The notes under the pieces were generated by a model. It was not told the origin of the DNA, made no database searches, and saw nothing but the letters and a program-made list of their open reading frames with translations. The position numbers and the translations under genes were made by a program. Shown here piece after piece: positions 40,368 through 43,031 of a stretch of DNA of 43,031 nt. Each line of letters opens with the position of its first letter. Within the stretch, counting starts at the first letter, position 1. The stretch lies in the sequence record SRR31156797_2210, one strand, 5' to 3'.

Positions 40368-41453
40368 ATGAGATACGTTCATTATATATACACATTACTT
40401 GCTCTCTACTGCTTTACCGCAAATATAGATGCACAAAGCTACAGAGAACAAAAGAAAATAAACAAAACATTTAAAATTGCTCCATCCGCAACATTGGAAA
40501 TCAGCAACAAATATGGGTCGGTATATGTAAGTACCTGGGATAACGATTCTGTTAAAATAGAACTGGAATTTACCATTGCTGAAAAAAACGAAAACCGGTT
40601 TAAGAAAATTAAGAACAGCGTAAACTTTGATTTTTCAGGTAATAACCTGTATCGATCTGTTAAAACTCAATATGGAAGCAGCTATTCTTCTTTATTTAAA
40701 GATTTTAAAGAAGCCACGAACCTGTTTTCTTCCAATGAAGATCAAACTCACGTAGACTATTATATTACGATTCCGGATTATATTAACCTTAAGGTTGAAA
40801 ATAAATATGGAAACGTCATATTACCCAATCTGCAAGGAGATGTTAATATTCTGTTGAGTAATGGAGATTTTCAGGCCAGGGAATTAAAGGGTAATAACAG
40901 GCTCAATTTATCTTTTGGAAACGCCAGGATTAATCACCTGGAACAAGCTAATCTTACGCTTAATTTTATGGAAACCCGCATTAACACAGGCAATAAAATC
41001 ACTATTGACAGTAAATCTTCTGATATTCAAATAGAAGAAACTAATTTACTTAAACTCACCTCTAAGAGAGGTGACATAGAGGTGGAAAAAGTCAATTACC
41101 TTTTTAGTGAATCTATGTTTTGTGAACTATATGTTAATAAAGTCATTCAGGAAGCCAATATGGATTTAAAATATGGCATCCTAAAAAACATTGAGTTTGA
41201 ACCAGGATTTCAATCTTTAAAACTGAATAGTGAAAACGCAGATATTTGGCTCAAATTACCAGAGAAAGATGCATTCCTGATTGAAGCATCCTATCTAAAA
41301 GCCAACATTAATAGTCAGCGAAAATTAAACTGGAGTCCTGCTAAAGCTATAGATGACAAAGGAACGCTCAAAAAATCCGGGTACTACCTTAACAAAGATA
41401 GCAGTAAGCCTGTAAATATTAGCATAAGCAATGCAAACCTCAGCATTGAATAA
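40368..41453 (+). CDS. DUF4097-like beta-strand-repeat secreted protein
   Basis: Signal peptide; repeated LEISNKYGSV / LKVENKYGNV / LSNGDF / LSFGNA / SKRGDI turns. Confidence 0.7.
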   Translation: MRYVHYIYTLLALYCFTANIDAQSYREQKKINKTFKIAPSATLEISNKYGSVYVSTWDNDSVKIELEFTIAEKNENRFKKIKNSVNFDFSGNNLYRSVKTQYGSSYSSLFKDFKEATNLFSSNEDQTHVDYYITIPDYINLKVENKYGNVILPNLQGDVNILLSNGDFQARELKGNNRLNLSFGNARINHLEQANLTLNFMETRINTGNKITIDSKSSDIQIEETNLLKLTSKRGDIEVEKVNYLFSESMFCELYVNKVIQEANMDLKYGILKNIEFEPGFQSLKLNSENADIWLKLPEKDAFLIEASYLKANINSQRKLNWSPAKAIDDKGTLKKSGYYLNKDSSKPVNISISNANLSIE

Positions 41454-41515
41454 CACATCACAAACATCTATTTAAGAATATAAATCATCAAACCATTACG
41501 TTTATCATTTTAGAA

Positions 41516-42028
41516 ATGAAGAAATTAATAACAGCCTATATATTTATTATTTCATTCATTGGCATTACAAATTGCCTGGCTCAGGATTATAAAAACCTGG
41601 CTTCGTTCAGAACCGGAGTATATACTGGTTTTATGCTCAAACGATTGCTACCGAATGAAAGTGCATTTTCTGCCCAACTGGGTTTTAGAGATGGAGGTGT
41701 TGTACTGAGTGGGTACAGAATGTTTCATCAATTAGCCTTTCCTCAAAAAAACTATCAAATGTTTTTTTACTATGGCTATGGAGCTCATTTTAGATACTAT
41801 ACTAAATATAAACTGAACAATCCGTTTAAACCATGGCGACCCGAAACTGTATTTCGTGGGAATTATGTAGCCGCTGGTATCGATGGAATTTTCGGTTTTG
41901 AATATCGCTTTTTAAAATATCCTTTTGTAATATCTGCAGACATTAGTCCAAACTTTGAATTTGGTGGCGCCAACGTTTTTAAAGTAAATATGGATATGGT
42001 TTCTGTAGGACTGGGATATACATTCTAA
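41516..42028 (+). CDS. Small outer-membrane beta-barrel protein
   Basis: Signal peptide; YYGYGAH, GIDGIFGFEYRF, ISADISP, terminal GLGYTF. Confidence 0.65.
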   Translation: MKKLITAYIFIISFIGITNCLAQDYKNLASFRTGVYTGFMLKRLLPNESAFSAQLGFRDGGVVLSGYRMFHQLAFPQKNYQMFFYYGYGAHFRYYTKYKLNNPFKPWRPETVFRGNYVAAGIDGIFGFEYRFLKYPFVISADISPNFEFGGANVFKVNMDMVSVGLGYTF

Positions 42029-42091
42029 GAGTCTAATGTTTATACCCCTTATTAACAAACCAAAATTTAAAAAACAAAAACATTAAATATC

Positions 42092-42754
42092 ATGAACAAA
42101 CTATTATTATTCATATCAATTCTACTGGTAACATCTAATGTATTTAGCCAGGAACAAGCCCAGGATCCAAATGAAATCAGAACCATTTTTAATAATAATG
42201 CGGTTAAAAGTAACGGAGGATATGGCGGATTAATGATTAATTATGCCAACATAGCCGACAGAGATGCTATATTGATGGGTGCAAAAGGAGGATGGATTAT
42301 TAACCATTCGTTTACCCTAGGTATGGGTGGTTATGGTTTTATTACCGAACCTCAGCATGACAATAGGCTTGGTAAAGATTATGAGTTTGCTGGTGGTTAT
42401 GGAGGCTTATTATTAGAACCAATTGTTGGAGCAAAACATCCTATTCACTTGTCTTTTCCCATTCTGATTGGTGCAGGAGGAATAGCTTACACCACAAGCT
42501 ATTTGGATAATGAATACACCAATTACAACGATACATACGAAGATAGTGATGCTTTTTTTGTGATAGAGCCGGGTGTAGAAATAGAGTTTAACGTGGTTAA
42601 ATTTATGCGATTTGCACTTGCCTGCAGCTATCGTTATACCAGCGACATAAAACTGGAATATACAAATTTGGACTATGATAGAATCGACAAAGCAGGAAAA
42701 GACATGCTACATGGTTGGAACGTTGGTATTGTATTTAAGTTCGGTAAATTTTAA
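42092..42754 (+). CDS. Outer-membrane beta-barrel protein, function unknown
   Basis: Signal peptide; Gly/aromatic strands (GGYGG twice), VIEPGVEIEFN, terminal FKFGKF. Confidence 0.65.
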   Translation: MNKLLLFISILLVTSNVFSQEQAQDPNEIRTIFNNNAVKSNGGYGGLMINYANIADRDAILMGAKGGWIINHSFTLGMGGYGFITEPQHDNRLGKDYEFAGGYGGLLLEPIVGAKHPIHLSFPILIGAGGIAYTTSYLDNEYTNYNDTYEDSDAFFVIEPGVEIEFNVVKFMRFALACSYRYTSDIKLEYTNLDYDRIDKAGKDMLHGWNVGIVFKFGKF

Positions 42755-42769
42755 CAACAAAATTGCAAA

Positions 42770-42838
42770 TGTAAGCGTGTAGGTGTAAATCTGACCTATC
42801 AAGTCAAAATTATTTAAAAAATATTTTACACGCTTACA
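42770..42838. repeat. 12-bp perfect inverted repeat with 45-nt spacer
   Basis: tgtaagcgtgta (42770-42781) and tacacgcttaca (42827-42838). Confidence 0.7.
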
Positions 42839-42903
42839 CATTTGAATAAAAAGCACTTAGACTAAACATTAAAATAAAGCACCTATTTTTTTTCATTTTT
42901 ATT

Positions 42904-42933
42904 TTTGCAGTTCAAAAAATTAGTCTACATTTG
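42904..42933 (+). promoter_or_regulatory. Bacteroidota sigmaA promoter of the tRNA
   Basis: TTTG (-33, 42904-42907), 18-nt spacer, TACATTTG (-7, 42926-42933). Confidence 0.7.
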
Positions 42934-43006
42934 CACCCGTTATCGAAAGAGATACACACTGAAACACTACGAACAACAAGGGTTTCAGACAAGATAAAAA
43001 AATTTT

Positions 43007-43031
43007 GGAGAGATGGCAGAGTGGTCGAATG
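43007..43031 (+). tRNA. 5' end of a tRNA, probably tRNA-Ser, truncated by the window edge
   Basis: GGAGAGA-TG-GCAGAGTGGTCGAATG: acceptor 5' strand plus D-arm typical of tRNA-Ser. The anticodon is outside the window. Confidence 0.8.

Noticed and set aside
42755-43031. tRNA-associated genomic island or att site
   Set aside because: No integrase, transposase or duplicated tRNA end in the window; the tRNA 3' side lies outside it.

Overview
AT-rich Bacteroidota chromosomal segment. The short RpoD-type sigma factor and TAnnTTTG promoters mark the phylum; Marinilabiliales-like is my inference. It is mostly housekeeping and envelope genes: a YfiR-like protein plus TonB-dependent receptor, a YceI/OM-barrel/YceI/Rrf2 cluster, rpoD, htrA, dapF, mltG, a SPOR lipoprotein, fprA, gyrB, MgtC-like, a TPR plus OM-barrel pair, FtsE-like ATPase, an amidohydrolase-fold protein, EamA, WcaF-like, TlpA, an RprXY-like two-component system, a class III cyclase, htpG, amtB-P-II, a PAS kinase/receiver pair, an ECF sigma operon, and the 5' end of a tRNA. 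I see no IS, prophage, cas or defence genes. The most unusual unexplained structure is a non-coding array of five ~42-bp units (24815-25010), each with a 14-bp palindromic core TGACTA-WW-TAGTCA, lying between convergent genes. Other leads: a dihydropyrimidinase-like protein that appears to have lost most metal ligands, phased GTTAA boxes shared by the two-component locus and htrA, a sigma54-like promoter with TG(A/C)CA repeats at htpG, and ACCCC motifs upstream of amtB. All calls come from reading the sequence; no database searches were run.
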